Source: Trypethelium eluteriae
Lineage: Eukaryota
Length of the DNA: 35,773 nt
Reading direction: 5' to 3'
NCBI GenBank assembly: GCA_051942245.1
Contig: JAVECL010000210.1
Coordinates: 1 to 35,773, forward strand
Both the position numbers and the translations under genes were made by a program. This document shows positions 22,581 to 35,773 of this stretch, one piece after another (position 1 is the first letter of the stretch; each line of letters begins with the position of its first letter). The notes under the pieces were generated by a model, which was not told the origin of the DNA, searched no databases, and was given only the letters and a program-made list of their open reading frames with translations.

Positions 22581-24427
22581 CTAGGGCAGGTCGGCAGATA
22601 TGGCCTTCTTCTGCTCCTTCTTCTCGGCTCTCCGTGCGGCATACGCCTCAAGACTGATGCCTTTCTCCTTCGCTCTCGCTTCGTACTGCTTCCTTTTGTC
22701 TTCAGCAAGCCCTTGGAGCTTAGACATCCCAATCTCGAGACTTGGAGGCTTGAACTCCGGCAGCGGTCGCTGGCCACCTAATCCCTTGAATGCAATTGCA
22801 TTGAGACCAGTCATTGCGGGATCGTAAGGAACACCAGCAGCCGCGGCCTTCAGTCTGTCCTCTTTCTCCTTCTGCCAGTTTGTCTTCTTTTTCTGCTGTT
22901 CGGCCCACTTCTGTGACCTCTTCGCCTTCAACTCCTTCCTTTCTTGTTGTTTCTTCTCCTTCTTTCTCAGTCGCTGCTCCTTTCGCTGCAGCCTCTTGTC
23001 CTCAATATCCTGAGCCGCTTCCTCGAAAGTGATCCCACCACCCTTCTTCGCCACTACCCTCTCCAAACGGGCTTGCAGCCTCTCTGCCATTCTTCTCTTC
23101 CGATTGGACAAATCCGCTGCTTCAACATCCATACCATGAATGACATCGTCTTTGAGCTGCGCCTCGTTCTGTTTCTTCTGCCTCGCCAACATCCGATGCC
23201 TAAGCTTCTTCTGCTCCTTTCTTTCGTCCCTCGCGACCTTCTTGTCGGCTTTGATTTCTGCATTTGTCTTCACATCGATATCCTCGTACGATGTATTGGC
23301 GTACTTCTCAGGATCTTCCTGCTTCAATTTCTCGAGAATCGCCTTCTGTTTCCTCTCTCTGTGGAACCGCTTCAACTCGGCATCTTTCTGCTGGTTCTTG
23401 ATCTTGCGCTCCCGCCTTTTCTCCTTCTTGTACTTTCGCATCTGTTCCTGTCTGATCTCTTTGTCGGTCTTGACGCGAGTATGAGTAGGTTTTTTCTGCG
23501 GCTTCGGATCGTAGAGGTAGCCATTAGGGCCGTACTCGCCAGGTTGGACACCATCGACTCCGGTACTTTGTGATTGTCCAGCTGCTTGCGCGTGGAGGAA
23601 TGGTCCGTTCGGTGTAGCTGCAGCACCTTCGAAGGTAGCTGTGGTGGCAGCAGGAACAGCTAGAGCACCGTTGTTGCCGGAGACGGCTCGCTTTCTCTTC
23701 TTAGTTTTCTTTTCGGCGTTTTTCGCACCTTTTTCGGCTTTGCGTTTCTTGTTTGCTTTCGCCATTGGTGAAGAACTTCTATTTGTATCCGAATCAGAAG
23801 TGTTTGACTCTGACTCCGACTCCGATTCCGTTTCTCTTTCTGGCTTCGATGATTCAAGTGTGAAATTCGACCAAGACTCTGACTCAGTCTCTGTGGCGAT
23901 GGACGGTGTAGCCTCAGTTGCTACAATTGAAGAGGTGGTGTACTTGCTTTGCAAGGGCCAAGAACGATCAGGCAGCGACTGTGTGAAATTAATGTCAGCG
24001 TCCGATAAACTTGGCAGTGTGGAGGGTGTGAATATCACATTTTTCAAAGTGCTTTGATGTTTGGCGATAGTGGCACCGAGTGTTGGCCCTTTGACAAAAA
24101 ATCCGTAGAGACCACCTAGTTTGATATCGTTCTTTTGTACCTTACTGAGCACCGACTATGCATTCGTGAGCAAACTTCTAGACAACGATAGGGTTGACGT
24201 GAGAGTATCTTTAGAAGCATTACCTGCTCTCCAGTACCGATACACCTGAGTCCGTCGTCTAGAGCCTTCAGCCACCACTGATCATTAAAGTCTTGCTTCC
24301 CACCTAATCCTACCTTGTCCTTCTTAGACGACACAAGTACAGGTTTCTTAAGACCTCTTCCTTCTGAGTCAAGTGAGTGTCCGGATCCACGCCAGCCTAA
24401 GCCTCGCAAATGGGCATGTGCGTCCAT
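22581..24427 (-). CDS. TMA23: Tma23-like nucleolar G-patch protein with long Lys/Arg/Glu-rich tail, 2 exons, ~592 aa
   Basis: Exons 24427-24224 and 24155-22581. N-terminal MDAHAHLRGLGWRGSGHSLD..GRGLKKPVLVS.K....GLG....DQWW and LYGFFVKG resemble Tma23/G-patch proteins. Confidence 0.75.
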
Positions 24428-24465
24428 GCAATAGTGGAACGAGGAGAGGTTGGTGGGATAGAGCC

Positions 24466-24474
24466 GAAAATTTT
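24466..24474. promoter_or_regulatory. RRPE-like element (GAAAATTTT) upstream of the TMA23-like gene
   Basis: Near-consensus ribosomal RNA processing element ~40 nt upstream of the ATG of a probable ribosome-biogenesis gene. The motif is short and may occur by chance. Confidence 0.3.
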
Positions 24475-25172
24475 GGATGCTGCAGAGCTAATAGCTCGGA
24501 GGCGGGCGGTGTGAGTTTTCTGCCAAATTTCACCGCCCATGCTCCACACAGTCGTGACGTCGAGCAATTTGCCGACCCTGCACTTGATACTCCGTACAGT
24601 CGCGTGGAAAGAAGGCAGCCGGCACTGACTGACGCCTTATTCGATGGAGTGAGGATTATGAGCACATATAATCACTTAAGGTATTCGTCATCCAATGGCA
24701 CGCGTCACGTCAATCAGGTACCCTCATCTGCGCAAACCAACTTCATTGTTTGCCTATCCTACAACAGAGATATCAGAGGCCCATCCTCCGCATGCCACCG
24801 TTATCTTCGTGAGGAGTTGTAGAGATTATGCTACATCAAGGCTCAGTAGATGATTCCATGCCTTTTCGTCACAGCGCCAGGACTTTCTCGCTAGACGTAG
24901 AAAGTCGATGCAACCTTAATTTTCCCACAAGTTTCCATGCCGCCGTCGTCGAAGATCAATAAAATAATATATGTGTAGGCCAAATAGGGTCAGAAGAAGA
25001 GAAAAGCAAGGTAAGGGGTAATCAGAAGAAAGCGCAGTGTTGGTTTATCTGCTGCGTGCTATGTAACAGCCGTAAGGTAGGTATGGGGCGAGCCACAAAC
25101 GCCGGATGTAATTTGTATCCAGCTTGGAGGCATCTATTGCATACAACGCGACAAATCCTTGTCCAGTGGGTT

Positions 25173-28100
25173 CTAAGCTATCGGCCTGGGACTTCCGTTG
25201 ATGTGCTGGAATAATGCTGCAAAGGTCCTTTCGACTTCTGGCGCCGTTTTGATGAATTCCAGTCCCCAGAAGTTGTATTCAGCATTCTTCAGAATTTCCA
25301 GAAGTGTGATAATCAGGCCCCAAGGATGTGGCCGATGTACAAGGAGACGCTCCAATAGCACTTTGGTGACTTGCTGTTGGATCTCAGCAACTACTGTCGG
25401 ATTGTTGCCAAGGATGCTGTCGCTGTCGTCTGGGGTTTTGAAGAGGTGCAGGAGTGCATAGCTGAAGTAGTGCGTATGGCTATTCGGGTAGCGAAGCTGG
25501 TTGACAATGGCCGAGAGCAAGTAGTGACGACCTTGAGGGCTCAAGTCACGGGCGAGACGTTGCAGGAGCTTAGCGTGAGGTGAGAATGCCATGAACATCG
25601 TAGAACCTTTGGATGTCGCGGAAGAGATGGCATTGAATCCCAGGTAAAGAACGATTGCATGCAAAAGTACCGTGTCAACGGTAACGAGTGCGTGTCCGAG
25701 TCCGGTCTCCACACGCGTGGAATTATTGATAGCATGCAAAACGAGAGAGACGGAATCATCGGTCAATTCACTAGGACCAGCGAAGATTTCATCGATGGCT
25801 TCCTTGATGTGAGCCTTTTCCAAGAAGCCCTCAATATCGCCGCGGACAATAGGTACTTTGCGTGTTTCCTCAATACGGTCCACCTTGAGACCAGCAGTGA
25901 ATGGATCGGGGAGTTCGGGGAAAGATGACGGGAAGGCGCTGATGACCAAGTTACGAAGCTGAGTGCAGTGGACTGGAATGACGCTGCAGAGCCGGAAATG
26001 GTTCTCAGCGAGGAATTCGGGAAAGTCGTGGTGCATCACCAGAAGTATTCGGAGCACGCCGCGATAGAAGTCTCTTGCGAGTTGCGATGGATCCACCGGC
26101 TTGACCAGCTCACCCGCGTACGTGAGTAGTATTTCAAAGAGTACCAAGTATGGCTCCCAGCCCTGTTTTCGTTCTTGGTCAGTACGTTATTCAAACAATG
26201 ATTCCATTAAGTCCTTACAGCATGATCCGGCATCTTGAGTAAACCAGGCATGAACACGCGGTGGGATATCAGCGACTGCCATCCAAACACAAACCCTGGG
26301 GCGAAACATGGCTGCAAGGCGGTAAAGGCTTTTGCCATGACAAGCATACAGTCGTTGCGAGCACTGTTGAGACCGGCTTGGTCCTTGTTGAGTTCAAATA
26401 GAAGGCTGGAAAACAGTCGGAAGAAGACCTTTTGATTGAAGCGGTCTGGACCACGACTGTACGTGTCGTAAATCAGAATGACAAGCAGACTGAGGATAGG
26501 GTCAAGAAACTGCGCTCTGCTTGCAGGGTCTGCCCCATCATTCTGTGCCTGATACTGCACTAAGCGGGCAATGAAGCTAGCCAGAGCATCAGCACGGATA
26601 TACGCTGCATCAAGATCACCATTAGGTATCGACGCCTCATGGTCGTACGAGGCCAAAGCCATATCAATGCATACTCGGAAGAAAAGAATAGAATCATCAC
26701 TGGAACCCAGCATCTGCCTGTCAGCCACTTGACGAATGAAAGCCGCAATCGACTTCTCGGGTGTATCTGGCATCTGTAGGCGTGTCCATTCTTCAAAAAC
26801 GTATTCAATCTGTTCCGATGTGTTGGCAGACTTTGGCGTTTCTGGACCCTCCGTAGCTGTGGACAGTAGCCGTGACACAATGAAACGCGCGTCTTCCTGG
26901 TCGGGATCTCGATTAAGTTCTTGGGTAACGGCTTCGAAAGATTGTGCGAAGTCAGCCCTCAAGGCTGCAGGTTGGTCTTGAAGTAACAATTCATCCAGTA
27001 GCTCTTTTAAGAAATCGTACGCGATCTGCCTCTTATTTTGAATGGCGCGTGCTACGGTCGTGTCCACTTGATGGATGTCAAGCAATCGGACTTTTAGGAG
27101 GTTTGCTGTAACCACGGCATTGAAGACTCTATCCTCGTCGACAGTTGCCAACCAAATGATGACATGTCTGGCAGTCGTAACGGAAATGGTGCAGAGCTGA
27201 TTGAGGAGCTCCGTAAAGACTTCTATCTCCAAGCGCTTCAGGCCCTGAGTATAGAGAGACTGTGTTATGTCGCTTGCAGCTTGCCAGATGAGCGCGTCTC
27301 GCTGATGTTGTGGAAGAGCCTCGTTATCTAATAGCTTGACGAGCTCGTTGAATATTTGCCGCGTTGGTGCTGATGGTCCAAAGTCGGAGATGTGCTCTTC
27401 GGATGCCTCTCGTACGGCGTGCTGAAGTTCAGACAGGAGATCCTTAGAGCGGTCAGCCACGTTCTGCGGCTCCATGTATCCATTCATTTGAGGCTGCCCA
27501 TGGTGTCCTTGGATTGGCGGGACTGATTGAAGACGCTGCGACTGTGGTTGACGAGCAACTGCAGGAGGTTCCGAGGGGGTCGCAAGATTGGGCATAGCCG
27601 GAAACGCGTCTTGCAGTATGTCGGATACCTGTCGGCCGCTATCCTGGGAAGCGTTCACTGCATGGCTTGGCATGCCACGCGTTTGTCTGCCAAATTCTCT
27701 ATATACATTCAGTTGATCCTGATTGAGACCGCTTGCACCAGGTCTTAACTTGTATGGCTCGTTGATCAAGGTTGACCATTGGTTGAGATTGGCGTGGTCG
27801 ACGAATGGCTGATTCGGTCGCTGCGATCGATGCTGGATGCGATACTGTATACCGTCCTCAATCTGCTTTGCAATTTCTTGATGAGAATGAGCTTCAGCAG
27901 CCTGTTCTACCAAATTGCAAATGGTATCGATATTGTCATTTGTGAACATCAGGATAACGCCCTCCGGAAGGCCTTCAGTCGGGGCCAACGTCCGCCCCAT
28001 CACTCGGATGTTGTTCGAAATGGCCATGCGCAAGGGTTCTTTGCATGTGACCAAGGCTAGGCTTCCAGCGAGAGATTTGACGACGGCGTTCGAAGAATCG

Positions 28101-31100
28101 CGATATTTGTTCTCATCGCCCTCGATGGCGAAATCTTTGGCAACAAGCTGAGAAGTCGATATAGAGGCAATAGTGACTGAACGCTCCACGACAGGTGAAA
28201 TAATCTCAAGCATGGCTTGTTTGACAGCTTCCACGAAGAGAGTTTGAAGCTGAGTCGTATTTTCACCGTGGTTGGAGGTGGGCGGAAAGGACAGGATAGA
28301 TGGGAGGTCCGCGAGTGCTGCACGGATGAGGTTACCATTCAACCTCTCACCAGCCCTCGCTCCGTCTATACTTGGGAATGACATGTCAGCAAAGCCTTCC
28401 ACTAGACCATCATGGAGCTGGTTGTGGGTGCCAGCATCCTCCTCGCTCTGTCGGGTTGCAATCACATCCGAGGGCTCAATGTTGGTGTGATCCAAGCCAA
28501 GCTCCTTGCAAAGCACCTCGATTTCGAACTTGAGATTTAGCTTCAAGTCCGCGTTATGATAGAGTTCCACCAGAAGGCGTACAATCTCTATGATCCAGGG
28601 GTTCGGCGGTTTGAACACAAGCGATTTCATGGCCTGCGAGAGAACTTTGCAGGTGAAAGGAATGACTACGATAAGTCGCTGAGTGTCGTAGCCTTCAACC
28701 AAAAGCTGCTTGAACGAAATGTTATGATATCGGATAGGCTTGTCCCGGGCAATAGTAAGGGACCCAAGCCATGAGCCTAGGTGATGAAGATGTCGTCGCT
28801 CCGTGGAAGAATCTACTGTAGCCTGCGCATTGAGCATGCGCACGACGCTGACATATGTCTCACGCAACACCTCGGCCCAAAGAATCCTGTCATTGAATTG
28901 TTGCAAGAGTTCCAGGTACAACTGCTGGAAATTGGGCTGCAACTTGGCGCGCTCTTCCACGAGGTAGCTTGCGAACCATTGATGATGTTTGTCTTCCAGG
29001 GCCTCTTTGAGATCGTTCAGTTTGACTTCCAGATTGCGCTCCGACACGTTATTGAGAACAAACAAAACTTTGTCTTGGATCTCCTCATCTGGTTCCTCGT
29101 ACAGTTCTTGTCGAACTGGAGGGTCGGCGCGGATGCAACTGAATGGTCGAACGGCAGGTTCTGCGGCCAAGAAATCATCAACCCGGCCGTTTGCTATGTT
29201 TTCCGAGTCATGAGTAGTTCCGTTTGTCTCATGGTCACCACCTTTAAGTCTGCTCCCGAGGACAACTTCGTTGGCCCTTTGCGCAATCGCAGTTCCACGG
29301 AGGCTGGGAACCTGAAGAAGTCTTTCGCAGAAACTAGGCCACTCTGGGAAGCGTGAAGCAAAATCCATCAGTGCCTGTAACCCAAATTTGTACATGAGGT
29401 CCTCCGGTTGTGACACAGCGACTGCATCCAAGACCATCCCTAATGCAGCTTGAAGAGCAACACGAGACAGAAGGTCGAACTGGATGATACCACCGAACAG
29501 GACTGCTGTTTTGGCTAAGGCATCTTGAGGATATTCACCAAAGCAGTTGTACTCGTCGAACAGCCCATGAATCATGCAAGCGAACAAATCCTGTTCTTCT
29601 GGCGCTCGTGAGGTCTTGTACTGCTGCAGTAGTCCAATGATGTCCCTGACTTCGCTTTCCTCATTATACATCTTCTTGTAATGTTCCTGCATTTTAACAT
29701 CTATGTCGTCCGGGATAGCATTTGACTCTTTAGAATTGGCGTCGAGCACATCGTCAAAGCCCTCTCCATAGTTCACAAGTCGTGGATAGGATTGAATGCA
29801 TGAGCGATGCAAAGCGACTGTTTCATCATCTGAGATGTGGTCTTGTAGAAGCAGGATCATGGAGTGAACTGTCTTGAGCGTGAGCGGAACAAACAGGGGG
29901 GGTGTGCGGTCTCGTTGAATTTGCATCTCATTTTCGGCGCGTGAGACAAGGAACCGAGATAATACTTGGGGAAAGACCTTGGGTGCTTGGGTCATGTTCT
30001 CGCGTACCCACGGCTCTGCGTCAAAAGCGCCGCGGCCGTGAGCGAGTAAAGCCAAATCGAGACTCAGATCGTTACTCAGAGACAGATAAGGATCAAACCA
30101 GTTATGCTCTTCCACGTGTGCCATGATGACAAGTAAGTTCAGGGGACTCATTTGATAGAAATTGAGGATTTGTGATGCAAGCCACACTCTATTTTGTTTG
30201 TGGATTCCATGGAGGACAAAGCTGTGCTGTGGAAGCTCCCTCGTCAGATATGGACCGAACAGTTTTCCTATGGCAAGTTCTTGCAGCTCGCCCCAGGGCT
30301 TAGGAGCAGCGGCCGTTGCGACAAGGAATATGTCTGTATTGCGATTGATGATAGTGTCCGGGATGCCAAGGCTGTGCGCGTGATTGTAGGCCTCTGATGA
30401 GTTGAAGACGATGTTGAAAAGTGCGGCAGACGCATCGAAAGAGACCATTGGATGAATGACGGCTTTTTCTGCATACGTTTTGACCTCGTCGGAAGCGTCT
30501 TGGAATATGTCCAAAGCGAACGACTTTCGCAGCCGAGGAATTGTGGAGACATCAATTTCTTCGCTGGTGCATCTGAGGAATGCCGAGACAAAAGATAGCT
30601 GGGCCTCGGGAAAGCGCCACTTGCCTCCCCATAGGAGTTGGATGTCAAAGTTCTCGTACTCTTGAGCCAACGGCAGCAAAGCATCGTACAGTGTCAAGAA
30701 CTGCTCTTTTGTTACCCTGACCAGTTCACGATCGAAGGAATGCACAACGTCCTGCCAATCGAGACGTTGACCAGCGCGATGCTCGCGAAGAGCCGAAATA
30801 AAGACTGCTGGCTTGTAGCTCTGGCCTTGCTCGGAGAGCACCATGTAAAGCAGAACATTAGCAACCTGCTGATAGTCTATATCCCGCGGTTCAGTTGACT
30901 CAAGCATTCCTTTGCATGCGTCGAGGCTGGTAGTTGCACGTGGTCCAGTGCGCTGAACCAGGTAGACAAGTGGGTTATGCAACGTGAATAGCTCCATCAA
31001 TAGTAGCGCACTGCATATCTCGGATGGGAAAACACCCAGCTTCTGATATCTAATTCGCACTGCCATAGCCAATGCCTGCTTGCTCTCGTCATTCCAGATC

Positions 31101-32348
31101 CTTGGGGGTGACTGAAGGAAGCGCTCCATGAGTGAGGCTATGAAGCCAGGTTGGAGATCGTCGATGACATGAGGGTTCGAAGGTGGAGAAGGACTAGTCA
31201 AATTGACAAGGAAGGCTTGATAGTTACTGACAATGATTGCATCCGCTTGACACAATTCAGCGAAAGTCTAAGCTCAGACAATATCATTACATACCTTTGC
31301 TTCTCAGGTCAGGCTTCGATGCACTCTTGCATGCTAGTGCTAGTGTTATTTTGGGCAATGGCTCCAATTTGAAGTGATCCATGAACGTTGAGAGATCAAA
31401 GTCCTTGAACAACTCTGGATCGGTAGCATCCAACGACTCCGCAATCTTATCTGCTTGTTGTGTGTCTTGTGTTATCTTGTCTATTTCCGATACAAGTATG
31501 GAGTAGGTGGCTGGATTTTGCGCATCGCGTGTGAGGCCTGGGAAAATTTGGGCTGAATTGCTTTGCACCAAACGGCGGAAATATTTTGTGAAGACCTCCA
31601 TATTGCTCCCGTCAACAAGCTGGAAACAGTAGTCAGTAATTTTGTTCTGCAAAGAATTCGACGAATCCAGCCTTACCCGCTTGATCTGCTCTGTCTGGGA
31701 TCCGCCACCCTCCTTGATCGTACTCAGAAGTAAAAATACCTGAGCGACGATGATTCGGGACAAGCCTCCTTGGCCAGTTCCTTGGGCGCTAGCTGGGTTT
31801 GATGTATTGCCCGGCGAGGCAATACTTGAGTGGGGTATTGAAATTGAAGGTGAACTTCGGGTGTCCCTCGGGGCCCCTCCGCCAGCGGCAGATGCACCCA
31901 CTCCACCTACTTGCGCTGCGGTGGGCAAAGCCGCGGCGGAGGAGGCCGAGGAGGGATTGTTGGATGATGAAGCTATTGTTCTGGATCGAGCGGACGACAG
32001 CAGCTGGCTCGAGGGAAGCTGCTGCGATCCGGAAAGGATAGGAGACCAGGGAGAGGAGGAGGAGATTGATGAAGTGCGGCTTGCAGGATGTCGAAGATTA
32101 AATGCTGAAGTAGATGGCTGGGCCGCAGCAACGGGGGAGAGCGGTTGCTGTGAGTTAGCCTCTGCCGGGCGAGAAGAGGTAGAATTGGCAGATGCAAAAG
32201 CGGTGGAGATCGGGGTGAGAGCTCGCCGCGTGGCGTGCTGGGAAGTGGATCCCCAGGCAAACGGCTGCGATCTTGAGCTTCGTGCGCCTCCGGCGTTGTG
32301 TGACGAGGTGGCGCGTGGGTCTGGGGGGCCAGAAGAGGGGAAGGTCAT
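25173..32348 (-). CDS. NOT1: CCR4-NOT scaffold subunit Not1 (CDC39/CNOT1), 4 exons, ~2337 aa
   Basis: Exons 32348-31677, 31619-31295, 31245-26219, 26162-25173 (7014 nt). Motifs IQDKVLFVLNN, LNLKFEIEVLCK, LALVTCKEPLR, HDFPEFL, NQLRYPNSHTHYF, RPHPWGL. Confidence 0.96.
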
Positions 32349-33295
32349 TTGCCCATGTGGAAGAGAAAGGTCATAGGGATGCAAGTGGAGAGCGTGCGGG
32401 TGTGGCGAGAGGTGTGAGGTTCTAGGGTTGGCAGAGCATGAGGTTCAAAGCACAGCAGGCTTGGCGACGATGGAACGCCAAGGCGGTGTCACAAAAATCG
32501 CTTGCTGCAGCGCGCTACCTGCAGGAGCAATCATTCACCACCTGCAATTCATTGATGCACAACTACGTGCACGGCGCGTTTGTCTACATGTGTGCTACAG
32601 AATTCTTAAAAATTCTTCCAGGTACAACTTTCACCACAACACTCCCTATACTGCCTCAGGCACGGTTCAGCCCGCTTATCTCAGGCGATTTCCACGTAAA
32701 GACATGCTCCATATGCGACATGCTCTGTCAATCATGATTGAAGGATTACTAGTATCCCATGATCCAGCGAGTTGATGAAAAATATAATCGTCCATTGAAA
32801 TATTGGTGGTTTATTTGCCGTTTTGAGTTACGAGACTCTATGTCGTCCATTGAATACCTACTCTTAGGGTACTTACCGTGACATTGTCAAAGGCATCTCA
32901 AGGAGGACGGGAAGGATGGTTCCGCTTCACGGTTTTTAAAGATTCGCGGTATTACTGGCTATCGTTTTTCACGTTGCGATAGCATTGATCCAATGTCGCC
33001 GAACGGTCAATTAAGGATCTAGTAATTAAAAGCGCCCGTTGGAGCTGAGGCGAGGCTTGCTAGTGGCTGTTTTTGGTGGCGTCTGCGTGCGCAGCTCGTC
33101 GCTACGGTTTCCTAGGCAACACCAGCCTAAACACCCCCCGACTCACCTCCGAGGTCTGCTGCCCCAAACCCTGTACCCTTGGACAAAATACCATTCCCAT
33201 TGCCCTCGATCAATTATCGAACTGAAGCAGAATTCTCGGAAGACTCCCCCTCTGATTTTGAATAAGCAACACGACGATCTCGACAGCCAGGCGCC

Positions 33296-35773
33296 ATGCC
33301 TGGGACTGTCTCTGACCCGCCTTCGGTTTCACTGTCCTGTAAGCGCTCACACGTCGCCAGCTCGGACTTCATTATACTGACCGTTTACAGTTGCGAACAA
33401 CTTCTGGGGCAAAGAAGATGCTGGTGTGGACCCTCTTCTCACGCGCATGCACAATGCCAAAGTTACGAACGACGAGCTGAAAGCATTTTACACTGCCCGT
33501 GCGCAATTGGAAGATGAATACGCCAAAAAACTACTTAGCCTGGCACGCAAGCCCTTGGGCTCATCGGAGACGGGCACTCTTCGCATGTCACTTGATGTGG
33601 TCCGTGGAGAGGTAGAGTCAATGGGTAAACAGCATCAAAACATTGCAGCACAGATGAAGAGCGAGCTTGAAGAACCACTATCCGCATTCGCAGGAGGCAT
33701 GAAGGAGAGAAGAAAAATCGTACAATCAGGAATCGAAAAACTTCTGAAAACCAAGAATCAGCAGACATCGACTGTCAATAAGGTAAGGTTAAAAGCCTGA
33801 GTGCAATGATTGCAGGAATACTGAACTCTCCATTTAGTCTCGAGATCGATATGAACAAGACTGTTTGAAGATTAAGGGCTATCTCGCACAGGGCCATATG
33901 GTTATGGGCCAAGAGGAGCGCAAGAACAAGGCGAAACTTGAAAAGACTCAAATCCAATTATCAACTACGAGCAACGAGTACGAGGCTGCGGTCAAGATAC
34001 TTGAAGAGACAACTGGAAAATGGAATAGGGATTGGAAAGCTGGGTGCGACAAGTTCCAAGATCTTGAAGAGGAGCGCTTGGACTTCATGAAGAGTAGCCT
34101 CTGGAATTTTGCCAACATTGCCTCCACTGTTTGCGTTAGCGATGACGCCTCGTGTGAAAAGATTCGTCTTTCTCTGGAGGATTGTGACGTCGAAAAGGAT
34201 ATCACATCCTTCATCCGTGACTCTGGTACTGGACAAGAAATACCTGACCCACCAAAATTCATCAACTTCTGTCGAGGCGACGTGGATACTGCATCGCTAG
34301 CCTCCGAGGATGATGCCTATAGCGTCGCTCAATTTCAACGGACTATGAATCCAGCCTTCCGCAGTTCATCACCGCAACCCTCCACATACGAATCTCATCA
34401 CGACCCAAATTCTGCATTAGCCTCTGAATTTCGACGCAGTGGCTCCGGCGATCCTCGCCCCCAGTCGCAACAGCAAGGCAGCCAGGATCCGTATGGTGAC
34501 ATACCTAGGATTCCCTACAATGAACACCCAATGGATGGCATGACTCAGTTCTGTCGTCTGGGTCCCCCATCCGATCGTAGCAGCACGATACCCAGCCCTT
34601 CGCACGATCGTCCTTCATCTCAAGGCTCTCAAAGCGAGTATTCCAACCCAACATCGTTCTCCAGCGCCGACCACTCTATGGGTGCGCCTTCACCTACCAA
34701 ACAGATGGACATCCCAGCGCCGCTCTCCACCTCCAACGACAATTCGCCCAAGAAAAAAGGAGGATTTTTTCAATCACACTCACCTTTTCGGAGACGTGAC
34801 AAAGATTCCTCTACAGACTCTGCATCCATTACACCCACAGCTGGATCCCGCAGCACCTGGCGCTCATCTCAGCCTCCTCCAGTCTCTGCAAATTCTTCAC
34901 CTACCAAAATCCCACGCTCCTACATCTCCCGCAACGGCGCGTCAGCCTCCCCAGATCCCGATCCCGCCGACCCGCGCGCAAACTTCCAGCTCAATATAGG
35001 CCAAAACGTCTTCGACGTCGCCTCTCCTGATGCACGCCCGACTTCTAGAGCCGGACCAACAAAATCCCAAGCCGCAGCAGAAGAAGACCCCATCGCAGCC
35101 GCACTAGCAGAACTCAAGGGCGTCACGAAACAAAGCTCCATTCGGATGAGCGCAGACCGCTATCATGGCCTCTCGACACCCGCCCCCGGGTCCGCTTCAG
35201 GCTCTCAAGCATCAGCACCCGGGCCCCTCGTCACCAGCCAATCCCGAGCAGAAGGCCGCACTCCCCCCCCAGGCTACTCACCCAGCACCGACACCCCTCG
35301 CCAGGCCGCGCCCTCCTCCTCCGCAGCCGGCAGCCGGCTCGGCGCCCCGCAACCCGCCTTCACCGCGCGTCAGATGCAGCAGACGACGCAGAAGTACGTC
35401 GCCGGGAAACACGACGTCTTCGGCAGCGGCAACGGCAGAGCCGGCTCAAACTCGCAACATCCCTCTTCCACCACCACAGGACGCTCCGCGAACGGCAGCA
35501 GCGGCGGCGGCGCCCCCAGCACTATCAATCGCGCACCCAGCCCCGGCATTCCTCGCGCCACATCCCCCCGACCGGGTCTCACGAACCCAGGGCCAGGCTT
35601 CCGCGCCGTGAGCCCGAATCCCTACTCTGGCGGAGGCGGAGGACCACCACCATCGGGACTCGGGAGCCAGCGGCCGCGAGCGCAGAGCACCTCGCCTACG
35701 AAATACGGCGCTGGTGGCCGAGGCGGGAGCGGCAGCGGCGGCGGCGGCGGATACGGTGTCGCGGGCGCAGGAG
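33296..35773 (+). CDS. F-BAR cytokinesis/septation protein, Cdc15/Imp2/Hof1 family (3' truncated by window)
   Basis: Exons 33296-33338, 33391-33782, 33838-window end. SFANNFWGKEDAG, RAQLEDEYAKKLLSL, KFQDLEEERLDFMKSSLW, GTGQEIPDPPKFINF, DPRANFQLNIGQNVFDV. Confidence 0.9.

Noticed and set aside
13809..32376. Numerous antisense and alternate-frame ORFs inside RPB1, TMA23 and NOT1 (e.g. 18008-18751, 22944-23573, 31750-32376)
   Set aside because: Expected shadows of long or low-complexity coding sequence, with no independent evidence.
1..35773. CRISPR arrays, rRNA, tRNA, prokaryotic defence systems
   Set aside because: The sequence is fungal nuclear DNA, and I saw no repeat-spacer arrays or structural RNA signatures.

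Overview
Eukaryotic, intron-containing DNA from a filamentous ascomycete (Pezizomycotina, inferred from protein motifs and short GT-AG introns with CTRAC/CTAAY branch sites). Most of the window is a block of housekeeping genes: the 3' end of ROK1 helicase, a TM9SF/TMN nonaspanin, SWD1 (COMPASS) head-to-head with RPB1, THG1, a TMA23-like G-patch protein, NOT1, and the 5' part of a Cdc15/Hof1 F-BAR gene. Between the nonaspanin and SWD1 (3.7-9.85 kb) sit two tandem, diverged paralogues that the ORF track fragments. Manual splicing gives two frame-consistent genes (771 aa and 612 aa) with the same architecture: degenerate HMG-box-like N-terminus, a shared YFNGT(F/W)YYP(G/A)QAWREP motif, 3 or 2 copies of an extended Zn(II)2Cys6-like module with up to ~10 Cys/His, a basic NLS-like linker, and a Ser/Thr kinase domain with catalytic residues retained. 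This putative DNA-binding kinase pair is the main candidate for an undescribed system. There is also a small Cys-rich orphan ORF at 21.7-21.95 kb. All gene models were spliced by eye and no database search was run.
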